DNA of 64,000 nucleotides from a virus, in IMG/VR virus record IMGVR_UViG_3300044641_002725. One strand, 5' to 3'. Under the pieces are notes generated by a model. The model was not told where the DNA came from and did not search any database. It was given only the letters and a program-made list of their open reading frames with translations. The translations under genes were made by a program, and so were the position numbers. The first letter of the stretch is position 1; each line of letters opens with the position of its first letter. Shown here one piece after another: positions 18,927 to 27,035 of this stretch.

Positions 18927-20003
18927 ATGAGAATATGTCTATTAGGTGATACGCACTTTGGTGTTAGAAATGACTCGAAAGCGTTTCACGCTTACTATGA
19001 AAAATTTTATGATGAAATATTCTTTCCACAATTAGCAGAGCGTGGTGTAAGAACAATCATTCAGCTTGGTGATTTATTTGATAGACGTAAGTACATCAAC
19101 TTTCATTCACTAATGGAAAGTCGTAGATACTTCTTTGACAAATGCGTTGAATCGGGCATCACACTTCATGCATTGATTGGTAATCACGATATCTTTTGGA
19201 AAGAAAGTCTCGAAGTTAATTCACCAGACTTGCTGTTGCGTGACTATCATAACGTTCGTTTATGGCAAAATCATGGCACGTTAGAAGTCGATGGAATTAA
19301 AATCGATATGGTACCGTGGATATGCAAAAGCAATGAAGCAGAAACATTTGACTTCATTAAGAACAGCACATCTTCATTGTGCATGGGTCACTTTGAACTT
19401 TCTGGCTTTCCATTGTCCAGAGGTGTAGATAGCCATGACGGGATTGACTATAAGTTCTTAAGCAACTATAATAGAGTGTTCAGCGGACATTACCATACGT
19501 TCTCCGAACATGATAGCATCACGTATGTTGGAACTCCATACGAACTCTTTTGGTCAGACTATCAAGATCAAAAGAAATTTGCTATCTTAGATACTGATAG
19601 TATGAAAGTTGAATATGTAAACAATCCTAATAAGATGTTTCATAAAGTACATTATGATGATAACAGTATAAAAATTGAAGACTTGAAGGCGATGGATTTT
19701 TCTAAGTATGCAAATGCTTATGTGAAAGTTGTTGTTGTCAATAAACAAGACCCATACTTATTTGAAAAACTAGTTGATGAAATATATAAAGTAAGTCCAG
19801 TCGATGTTACGATTGTCGAAGACTTTACAGAATTTAATGAGACAGAAGAAGATGAAGACATTGTTAATCAAGCAGAAGACACTATGTCAATTCTATCTAA
19901 ATTCATTGATGCACAAAGTTTGAGTATCAATGATCCAAATAAACTTAAAACATTGATGCGTGAACTTTATGTTGAAGCATTGTCAACGGAAAATATAGAA
20001 TGA
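18927..20003 (+). CDS. gp47: Recombination endonuclease subunit (Mre11/SbcD-like)
   Basis: GDTHFG, GDLFD, GNHD, SGHYH metallophosphoesterase motifs. Confidence 0.96.
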   Translation: MRICLLGDTHFGVRNDSKAFHAYYEKFYDEIFFPQLAERGVRTIIQLGDLFDRRKYINFHSLMESRRYFFDKCVESGITLHALIGNHDIFWKESLEVNSPDLLLRDYHNVRLWQNHGTLEVDGIKIDMVPWICKSNEAETFDFIKNSTSSLCMGHFELSGFPLSRGVDSHDGIDYKFLSNYNRVFSGHYHTFSEHDSITYVGTPYELFWSDYQDQKKFAILDTDSMKVEYVNNPNKMFHKVHYDDNSIKIEDLKAMDFSKYANAYVKVVVVNKQDPYLFEKLVDEIYKVSPVDVTIVEDFTEFNETEEDEDIVNQAEDTMSILSKFIDAQSLSINDPNKLKTLMRELYVEALSTENIE

Positions 20004-20614
20004 GTACATATAAATGTATTAGTAATGATACGCAATCACGAAAATTATTGATTCCATGGATGGTTTTAAAACCAGCGTTTAGTCCAGCCGAATTGACAAC
20101 TATCGAAAATCATTGTAAATCAATATCTTTAACTGCCGGCGAAAGTTTCTTCAGCGAAGAAACTGAACCAAAGTCTCGCACATCAAATATAGGATTTCAC
20201 TTTTCAGATGACCCAAAGTTGAAATTTGTATTTGAAAAATTTAATAGCGTATTTGAATATGTGAATTCGATGTTTTATAATTTTGATATAAATGGATATG
20301 ATTATTTTCAGTATGCAGAATATGACGCTAAAGAATCAGGCCAATATAATTGGCATACAGATTTAAGTTTTGGCGAACATTCCAAAGATGTATACACAAC
20401 TAGAAAATTATCAATGAGTATGCTTTTAAATACTCCAGGAGTAGATTTTGAAGGTGGAGACTTTTCAACATTTCTTTCTAAAGAACAAAATATTCCATTA
20501 AAAAAAGGTGAAATACTTATATTCCCATCATTCATTGTTCATAGCGTTAAACCAGTAACTAAAGGAATTAGAAAGTCGTTGGTCATTTGGGTTACTGGAC
20601 CAAAATTTAAATAA
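20000..20614 (+). CDS. 2OG-Fe(II) oxygenase (PKHD/prolyl-hydroxylase-like)
   Basis: YNWHTD, RKLSMS, FEGGDF, FPSFIVHSVKPVTKGIRKSLVIW. Confidence 0.9.
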   Translation: MSTYKCISNDTQSRKLLIPWMVLKPAFSPAELTTIENHCKSISLTAGESFFSEETEPKSRTSNIGFHFSDDPKLKFVFEKFNSVFEYVNSMFYNFDINGYDYFQYAEYDAKESGQYNWHTDLSFGEHSKDVYTTRKLSMSMLLNTPGVDFEGGDFSTFLSKEQNIPLKKGEILIFPSFIVHSVKPVTKGIRKSLVIWVTGPKFK

Positions 20615-20617
20615 TAT

Positions 20618-22330
20618 ATGATAATTTTTCGTAATTTACGTTGGAAGAACTTCCTAAGCACTGGCAACTTTTTTACTGAACTTAAGTTAGACAACGACAA
20701 CACCACATTGATTGTTGGCTCTAATGGTTCAGGCAAATCAACTATGCTTGATGCATTGACGTTCGTACTATTTGGTAAACCATTTCGTAATATCAACAAG
20801 GGTCAACTTGTAAATACTATCAATGGTAAAGATGCAGTTGTTGAAATTGAATTTGACACAGGCAACAAATCATACAAGATTGTACGTGGCATCAAACCGA
20901 ATATCTTTGAGATTTACTGCAACGGACACTTAGTCAATCAAGATGCCGCAGTCAGAGACTATCAAGAACATCTAGAGAAATTCATTCTCAAACTCAATTA
21001 CAAATCGTTTACTCAAATTGTTGTTTTGGGTTCAGCGTCATTTACTCCATTCATGCAGTTGTCTGCAAGTGATAGACGTTCTATCATTGAAGACTTGTTG
21101 GACATTCAAATCTTTTCACGCATGAATGGTGTGTTAAAAGATAAATTTCTTTTGTTGAAAGAAAAACACTCTCAGACAAAGTATGCAGTAGACTTGAAGA
21201 GTGAAAAGATTCAATATCAAATTCAATTCATTGATTCTTTGAAAAAGAGCAATCAAGCACAAATTTCATCTAAGCAACAAGACATTGCAAACACACAATA
21301 TCTAGTTACTGAAAGCGAAAACAAGTGTACAACGATACAACAGAATTTGTCTGATTTGTGTGTACAGATTTCAGACAAAGATAAAGTTGATGGTAAGATG
21401 ACAAAGTTTTCTGCTATCAAATTAAATCTGAACAAGACTCTTAAGAAAGTCAATACTGACATTTCATTCTATCACGACAACAATGATTGCCCGACATGTA
21501 AGCAGGCGATTAATGAAGAGTACAAAGCACACATTCTTGAAGAAAGAAATAAAAAGATTGAAGAAGTAAACGATGCGTTGAAAAAAGTCGATGAAGAACT
21601 CAATCTACTGAATACCCGATATGAAGGCATTCAAATCTTTGTTGAAGAAATTCAAGCACAGAATTCTCAGTTGACATTCGAACAAAGCGAAATCAAAGCT
21701 AATCTTAGATACATTGAAAGCCTTAAGAAAGAAATCGAAAAACTGTCTCATGTCAAAGATGACTTGCAGACTGAAGAAATCAAACTAACGACACTACATC
21801 AGGAACTTGCTGAGTTAGAATCTGAAATCAAAGAACTCTCAGAAGAACGTCTGTATTACGAAGTTGCAATATCATTGTTGAAAGACACAGGTATCAAAAC
21901 GAAAATCATTCGGCAATACATACCAGTAATCAACAAGCTAGTCAACAAGTATCTTGCGGCATTAGAGTTTTTTGTGAACTTCAATCTTGATGAGTCTTTC
22001 AAAGAAACAATTAAGTCTAGACACAGAGATGACTTCACGTATGCATCATTCAGCGAAGGCGAAAAGCAACGTATTGATATGGCATTGATGTTGACATGGA
22101 GAGCAGTTGCCAAACTGAAGAACAGCGCCAGCACAAACATATTGATACTTGATGAAATCTTTGATTCATCATTAGACACAAATGGTACAGAAGACTTAAT
22201 GAAAATCCTAAATATGCTTGAGGGCTCCAATCTGTTTGTCATATCGCACAAGGGCGATGTTCTACAAGACAAGTTTGCCAATGTGATTAAATTTGAAAAA
22301 GTAAATAACTTCTCAAGGGTCGCAAAATGA
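20618..22330 (+). CDS. gp46: Recombination ATPase subunit (Rad50/SbcC-like)
   Basis: WKNFLSTGN, GSNGSGKST, CPTC hook, FSEGEKQRID, LILDE. Confidence 0.97.
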   Translation: MIIFRNLRWKNFLSTGNFFTELKLDNDNTTLIVGSNGSGKSTMLDALTFVLFGKPFRNINKGQLVNTINGKDAVVEIEFDTGNKSYKIVRGIKPNIFEIYCNGHLVNQDAAVRDYQEHLEKFILKLNYKSFTQIVVLGSASFTPFMQLSASDRRSIIEDLLDIQIFSRMNGVLKDKFLLLKEKHSQTKYAVDLKSEKIQYQIQFIDSLKKSNQAQISSKQQDIANTQYLVTESENKCTTIQQNLSDLCVQISDKDKVDGKMTKFSAIKLNLNKTLKKVNTDISFYHDNNDCPTCKQAINEEYKAHILEERNKKIEEVNDALKKVDEELNLLNTRYEGIQIFVEEIQAQNSQLTFEQSEIKANLRYIESLKKEIEKLSHVKDDLQTEEIKLTTLHQELAELESEIKELSEERLYYEVAISLLKDTGIKTKIIRQYIPVINKLVNKYLAALEFFVNFNLDESFKETIKSRHRDDFTYASFSEGEKQRIDMALMLTWRAVAKLKNSASTNILILDEIFDSSLDTNGTEDLMKILNMLEGSNLFVISHKGDVLQDKFANVIKFEKVNNFSRVAK

Positions 22331-22515
22331 AAATATTAAATCAATATTTTGGACAAGATTTAGATAGACTATCAGAAATATTCTTTGATGAAAATTTCTA
22401 TAAAGTAAGAGCAAGAAATGAATTTGGCACATATTTTGTTGCATTTTTTGAGAGACTAGATGATGCAGAAAATTTTGCAGAGAATTACGTATTAGGAGAA
22501 ACCCATGAACCTTGA
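22327..22515 (+). CDS. Small hypothetical protein
   Basis: ORF coupled to gp46; AENFAENYVL ending. Confidence 0.55.
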   Translation: MKILNQYFGQDLDRLSEIFFDENFYKVRARNEFGTYFVAFFERLDDAENFAENYVLGETHEP

Positions 22516-23011
22516 ATTTGTTCCAGAAACATCACCAATTCTTTTGCAAGAATGTAAAGTGTTTGATTTTGATAATCCACCATTTGACCCTAAAGAGTTT
22601 GCACAAGCATTGCACAATAAGATGGTCAAGAGCGATGGGCTTGGATTGTCAGCAAATCAAGTCGGACAGCCATATCGTGTTTTTGTTATGAGAACTGGAG
22701 ATGAGCCATATGCAATATTCAATCCAAAAGTTGTTGATGTATCAGATAAAGAACTTTCAATGAAAGAAGGTTGTCTAAGTTTTCCTCTGTTATATTTAAG
22801 TGTCAAACGTCCAGACTCTGTACGAATTCGTTTTCAAGATGAGAGTGGCGAAACAAGAACTGAAAAGTTTATTGGCATGACTGCACGAATTGCATTGCAT
22901 GAATTTGACCATATGCTTGGAAAAGTGTATACTCAAAAGGCTTCACAATATGAAACACAAAGAGCATTGCGTAAACGTACAATATTAAAGCGTAAGGTGA
23001 AAAAAATCTAA
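22505..23011 (+). CDS. def: Peptide deformylase
   Basis: GLGLSANQVG, EGCLS, HEFDH motifs. Confidence 0.95.
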   Translation: MNLEFVPETSPILLQECKVFDFDNPPFDPKEFAQALHNKMVKSDGLGLSANQVGQPYRVFVMRTGDEPYAIFNPKVVDVSDKELSMKEGCLSFPLLYLSVKRPDSVRIRFQDESGETRTEKFIGMTARIALHEFDHMLGKVYTQKASQYETQRALRKRTILKRKVKKI

Positions 23012-23028
23012 TATAAAAGGAGTCGGAC

Positions 23029-23280
23029 ATGAGTAACGAAGAAGATAAATTTAAAAAATCTAAGCGAATCCTTAAAGACAAAAATGCAATACGAAAGCAA
23101 ATGAAAATTGCTAAAGCATATAATATACCAGTTGAGTCACCACACCAATTAGCTAAACATCATGTACTAGATTGTGGAAATCCAAATTGTGTGATGTGTG
23201 CAAATCCTAGAAAAGTATGGAAAGAAAAAACGATCCAAGAGAAACGTTTTGAACAAACTGAAAAATTTGATAATGATTAA
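23029..23280 (+). CDS. Hypothetical basic protein with CxxxxCxxC motif
   Basis: DCGNPNCVMCANPRK; SD AAGGAG. Confidence 0.65.
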   Translation: MSNEEDKFKKSKRILKDKNAIRKQMKIAKAYNIPVESPHQLAKHHVLDCGNPNCVMCANPRKVWKEKTIQEKRFEQTEKFDND

Positions 23281-23707
23281 AGAGAAATATCTTGGCGCAT
23301 ACATGAAGACTGCAAGAGTCTTTGCTGAATTGAGTACTTCAAAACGCAAACAAGTTGGTGCTGTTATTGTTAAAGATGATAGAATTATTTCAATCGGTTA
23401 CAATGGTATGCCAAGTGGATGGGACAATGATTGTGAAGTTATTACCCATACAGATTTTACTGGCACTATAGTGACAAAAACAAAACCCGAAGTTCTTCAT
23501 GCAGAATCAAATGCAATTGCCAAACTAGCAAAGTCTACCGAGAGTGGTGATGGTGCAAGTATGTTCATCACTTGCTCTCCATGCATAGAATGTGCTAAAA
23601 TGATATTTCAAAGCGGGATCAAAGAAGTATTTTATGGCGAAGATTACCGTGATGATCGTGGTATTATTTTCCTAAATAAATGCGGTATAACAGTAAAACA
23701 AATATGA
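23273..23707 (+). CDS. cd: dCMP deaminase
   Basis: VGAVIV, GYNG, HAESNAI, SPCIEC motifs; ATG at 23273 more likely than 23198. Confidence 0.93.
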   Translation: MIKEKYLGAYMKTARVFAELSTSKRKQVGAVIVKDDRIISIGYNGMPSGWDNDCEVITHTDFTGTIVTKTKPEVLHAESNAIAKLAKSTESGDGASMFITCSPCIECAKMIFQSGIKEVFYGEDYRDDRGIIFLNKCGITVKQI

Positions 23708-24081
23708 GTGTAGATACAATGAACAAACCAAAAATTGAAGAATCATCTCAATATCAAAATTTGATTGGCGAGAAAAAAGTGGCTGATAAACCTCTTTCTC
23801 TTTTAGACCACATGAATCTAGATGAAGATGAGAAAGAGAAGTATTCTGACCAAGGTGAAAAAGAATGGAAGAAACTTTGGAAAGGTATGCCTGAGTTTGA
23901 ACAAGAAGATAATCCGACATACAAAACACTATATGTGCATTTCAGAACTGAATCGGATTACAAAGATTTTGCTAAATTAGTCAATCAAAATCTTTCAAAC
24001 AAGACAAAGAGTATCTGGCATCCAGCACTTGATAGAACACAAAACTCTCTTCTTAGATGGGTAGTCGATGATTCAGAATGA
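23704..24081 (+). CDS. Hypothetical protein of the type found beside phage DNA-modifying glycosyltransferases
   Basis: WKGMPEFEQED..VHFRTESDYKDFAKL..KTKSIWHP pattern; operon context. Confidence 0.55.
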   Translation: MSVDTMNKPKIEESSQYQNLIGEKKVADKPLSLLDHMNLDEDEKEKYSDQGEKEWKKLWKGMPEFEQEDNPTYKTLYVHFRTESDYKDFAKLVNQNLSNKTKSIWHPALDRTQNSLLRWVVDDSE

Positions 24082-24859
24082 ATTCTTAAACGAAAAGCCG
24101 TTGATTCTTTTCGATAAATTTTTAAACGATTATGGAAATATTTTTGATATTGACCATAACGAAGCTAAAAAGATGTTGAGAGATGATTCTCTTTTTCGTA
24201 GACTGACTTCTGAGTGGTATGAAAAACTAGATCAGAACAATTTAGATGATGCATTTAAAGTGTATGATGATGATTACTATTTTGTAGATATTTTCAATTG
24301 CTATAGAACATACAGTAGAAGTTACATTAAACGATTGCTAAAGCCATCAATGGCAAATGGTGAATCTGTTTATGATTTACTTAAAAATTCTGCATCGTTT
24401 GTTGACATTGGCTGTGGAATCAGTTATAGTACATGTGCGATAAAAACTCTTTTGCCTAACGCAAAAGCATATGGCATCAATTTGAAAAACACTAAGCAAT
24501 GGAAGTTATGTGAAGTCATGGCAAAGAAACATGATTTCAATCTGATTGAAAGTGTACATGAGATAGACCACAATGTAGATTTTGTTTTTGCATCTGAATA
24601 CTTTGAACACATTCATAACCCGACTCAGCATGTAAAAGAAATCATTGATGCAATATCGCCAAAGTATTTTATTATTGCGAATGCATTTAACACACATTCG
24701 ATTGGTCACTTCAAGACGTATGAATACGAAAACAAAATTGTAGATCAATCAAAAATTTCTGCTATATTTAATAAGTTCTTAGTTGAAAATGGATATGAAA
24801 AAGTGTTATGCAAAATGTGGAATAACAAACCAACAATATGGAGAAGAGTGAATGCATAA
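24068..24859 (+). CDS. Class I SAM-dependent methyltransferase-like protein
   Basis: FVDIGCGISY motif I; FASEYFEHIHNP post-II motif. Confidence 0.75.
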   Translation: MIQNEFLNEKPLILFDKFLNDYGNIFDIDHNEAKKMLRDDSLFRRLTSEWYEKLDQNNLDDAFKVYDDDYYFVDIFNCYRTYSRSYIKRLLKPSMANGESVYDLLKNSASFVDIGCGISYSTCAIKTLLPNAKAYGINLKNTKQWKLCEVMAKKHDFNLIESVHEIDHNVDFVFASEYFEHIHNPTQHVKEIIDAISPKYFIIANAFNTHSIGHFKTYEYENKIVDQSKISAIFNKFLVENGYEKVLCKMWNNKPTIWRRVNA

Positions 24860-25787
24860 TCCTGAACATCCAGTTTATATCATATCAAAGGGTCGTGCTG
24901 ACTCAATGATTACTTCAAGGTCTCTTTCAAGAATGAAAGTGCCTCACTATATCATCATTGAACCTCAAGATGAAATACCATATGAAAATGCACTAGACAC
25001 ATTCAATATTAGACCATGGGTTACATTGATTGTTGCACCATTTTCAAATCACGGTGACGGTCCTGGTCGTGCAAGAAATTATGCTTGGGATCATTCGATA
25101 TCTATTGGTGCAGAAAAACATTGGGTGATGGATGACAACATTTCAGATTTCTATAGACTACATAAGAACCAACGAATTCGTGTAGAGTCTGGCATACTCT
25201 TCTATATCTGCGAACAGTTTATTGATAGATTTGAAAACGTTCCTGTGTCTGGTCTGCAATATAGATTCTTCATTGCACCAAATCAAAAGTATCCACCTTT
25301 TGTGAAGAACACTCGAATCTATTCATGTCTTTTAATTGACAATGCTTGCAAACATCGTTGGCGTGGTCGTTACAATGAAGATACAATTCTAAGTCTTGAC
25401 GTTCTTAAAGATGGTGATTGTACAATTCAATTCAATGTATTCATGCAAGGTAAAGCCGCAACTCAAACTGTCAAAGGTGGCAATACTTCAGAATTTTATC
25501 ATGCTGAAGTTGGTTTTGATGATGAAACTGGTGAAGCAATTAAAGCAGATAAGTTAGTTGATGCAAAAGGCAAAAAATACAATGAAGCTGGCACAATTGC
25601 AAAATCACAAATGCTTGCCGATGTTCACTCAGACGTTTCTAGCGTTGTTTGGAGATATGATCGTTGGCACCATTACGTTGACTACTCTCAATTTAAAAGC
25701 AATCAGTTAAGATTGAAGCCAAACATAATTATACCGAATGAAACTAACAATTATGGAATGAAACTTGTTACGAACTGGCAGGGTTAA
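24852..25787 (+). CDS. GT-A fold glycosyltransferase (TET-associated/GREB1-like, putative DNA base modifier)
   Basis: PVYIISKGRA, GPGRARN, WVMDDNI (DxD-type), RIYSCLLI, WRGRYNEDT, KGGNT motifs. Confidence 0.8.
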   Translation: MHNPEHPVYIISKGRADSMITSRSLSRMKVPHYIIIEPQDEIPYENALDTFNIRPWVTLIVAPFSNHGDGPGRARNYAWDHSISIGAEKHWVMDDNISDFYRLHKNQRIRVESGILFYICEQFIDRFENVPVSGLQYRFFIAPNQKYPPFVKNTRIYSCLLIDNACKHRWRGRYNEDTILSLDVLKDGDCTIQFNVFMQGKAATQTVKGGNTSEFYHAEVGFDDETGEAIKADKLVDAKGKKYNEAGTIAKSQMLADVHSDVSSVVWRYDRWHHYVDYSQFKSNQLRLKPNIIIPNETNNYGMKLVTNWQG

Positions 25788-25790
25788 ATT

Positions 25791-26252
25791 ATGAAATTAA
25801 ATTTATTTGGTGATTCATACGATGAACCAACTAAAAAGTGTTCCAAGTGCAAACAAGATTTGCAATTACATATGTTTGGTAAAGCAAGTGGCGGAAACTA
25901 TCTTAGGGGTGAATGTAAAAAATGCAATAGAGAAATTTACAAGTCTAGGGAAAAAGCCAAATCTACTGCCTCAGCAGTACCAACCAATCATATTTGTCCT
26001 ATTTGCCTCAGAAAAGAAGATGCTGTAAAAAATAGAGGTGGCAAAAAATCAGGTACATGGTGTTGTGACCATGACCACGTTTCAGAAAAATTTAGAGGAT
26101 GGTTATGCCATGATTGTAATCGAGGCATAGGTAATTTAGGTGAAGATATAGCTAGATTGCAAAGATCAATTGAGTATTTAAGTGATGCAAAAAAACATCA
26201 AGAGACTTCTAAGTTAACAGAATTTTTTATTTCAGACCCTGTAAGTGGTTGA
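25791..26252 (+). CDS. Endonuclease VII-family (His-Me finger) nuclease with N-terminal zinc finger
   Basis: CSKC/CKKC then CPIC..CDHDH..RGWLCHDCNRGIG. Confidence 0.85.
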   Translation: MKLNLFGDSYDEPTKKCSKCKQDLQLHMFGKASGGNYLRGECKKCNREIYKSREKAKSTASAVPTNHICPICLRKEDAVKNRGGKKSGTWCCDHDHVSEKFRGWLCHDCNRGIGNLGEDIARLQRSIEYLSDAKKHQETSKLTEFFISDPVSG

Positions 26253-26257
26253 TTCAT

Positions 26258-26293
26258 AAGGGGTTTTTCTTCTATTTTTGAGAAAAACCCCTT
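26258..26293. terminator. 13-bp inverted repeat, probable terminator
   Basis: AAGGGGTTTTTCT ... AGAAAAACCCCTT followed by TATTTT. Confidence 0.7.
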
Positions 26294-26342
26294 TATTTTG
26301 TACAAATGTGTTGTTTTGACGCTACACTACATCAAATAATCG

Positions 26343-26370
26343 TTGACTTTCATTCCTGCTATGCTATACT
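26343..26370 (+). promoter_or_regulatory. Sigma70-type early promoter
   Basis: TTGACT-16 nt-TATACT with extended -10 TG. Confidence 0.75.
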
Positions 26371-26401
26371 GTATACATAGATTGAGATTACAAAGGAATT
26401 T

Positions 26402-27004
26402 ATGTCACACATTGAACATCCTGCCGCATATGAAGCCGCTACCAAGCGCAACATCATAAACAATGCTACCAAAACGTTCTACAGGACATATCCCGATGCT
26501 GGCGATATCGTCCAATTCCTTGTTGACAATTCTGAGAGGAATTCTTTCTATTCAAATCTTCTAGGTTCGTTGAACACTTATGGTAAGTTGACAGAAAAAC
26601 AAGTTCTTGCTGTACGCAAATCAATTACCACTCAAGCTGAACGTAAAGCACAATGGATTGCACAGGCGGCAGAGAAAAACGTAACACGTACATTCCTTGG
26701 CACCGAAAAGAAAAAGATTACTGTTACTCTTACAGTTAAAAAAACAATTGTAGTTGATCGTCCTAAATTTTACTGGGCTGATTCTGGCAGAAGTCTTCTC
26801 CGTATTTGCGAAGATGTAGATGGCAATGTAATTGTATTCAGCGGCAATGCAGATTTTCCTGCTGAAGGTGAAACTGCAACAATTACCGCTACTGTAAAAA
26901 TGCACCGCTACTATAAACAAAACGACATTGAAGTACCACAGACAGTTATCATCCGTCCCAAGACTGTTGCCATTGTGCAACAGCCTGTTGCAGAAACCGC
27001 TTGA
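26402..27004 (+). CDS. Hypothetical early protein (possible C-terminal OB-fold)
   Basis: YGKLTEKQV helix motif then beta-rich ..ATVKMH..QTVIIRPK; own promoter and SD. Confidence 0.6.
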   Translation: MSHIEHPAAYEAATKRNIINNATKTFYRTYPDAGDIVQFLVDNSERNSFYSNLLGSLNTYGKLTEKQVLAVRKSITTQAERKAQWIAQAAEKNVTRTFLGTEKKKITVTLTVKKTIVVDRPKFYWADSGRSLLRICEDVDGNVIVFSGNADFPAEGETATITATVKMHRYYKQNDIEVPQTVIIRPKTVAIVQQPVAETA

Positions 27005-27029
27005 CATTTTAATCCACCTGAGTTAAGAT
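27001..27029 (+). promoter_or_regulatory. Sigma70-type promoter, predicted leaderless transcript
   Basis: TTGACA-17 nt-TAAGAT, ATG 7 nt after the -10 box. Confidence 0.7.
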
Positions 27030-27035
27030 ACATAC

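Noticed and set aside
22505-23011. Peptide deformylase as a novelty
   Set aside because: Already well known in aquatic T4-like phages.
25791-26252. Assignment as the Holliday junction resolvase gp49
   Set aside because: The extra N-terminal zinc finger and lack of a recognisable gp49 C-terminal domain fit a free-standing EndoVII-family nuclease equally well; left unnamed.
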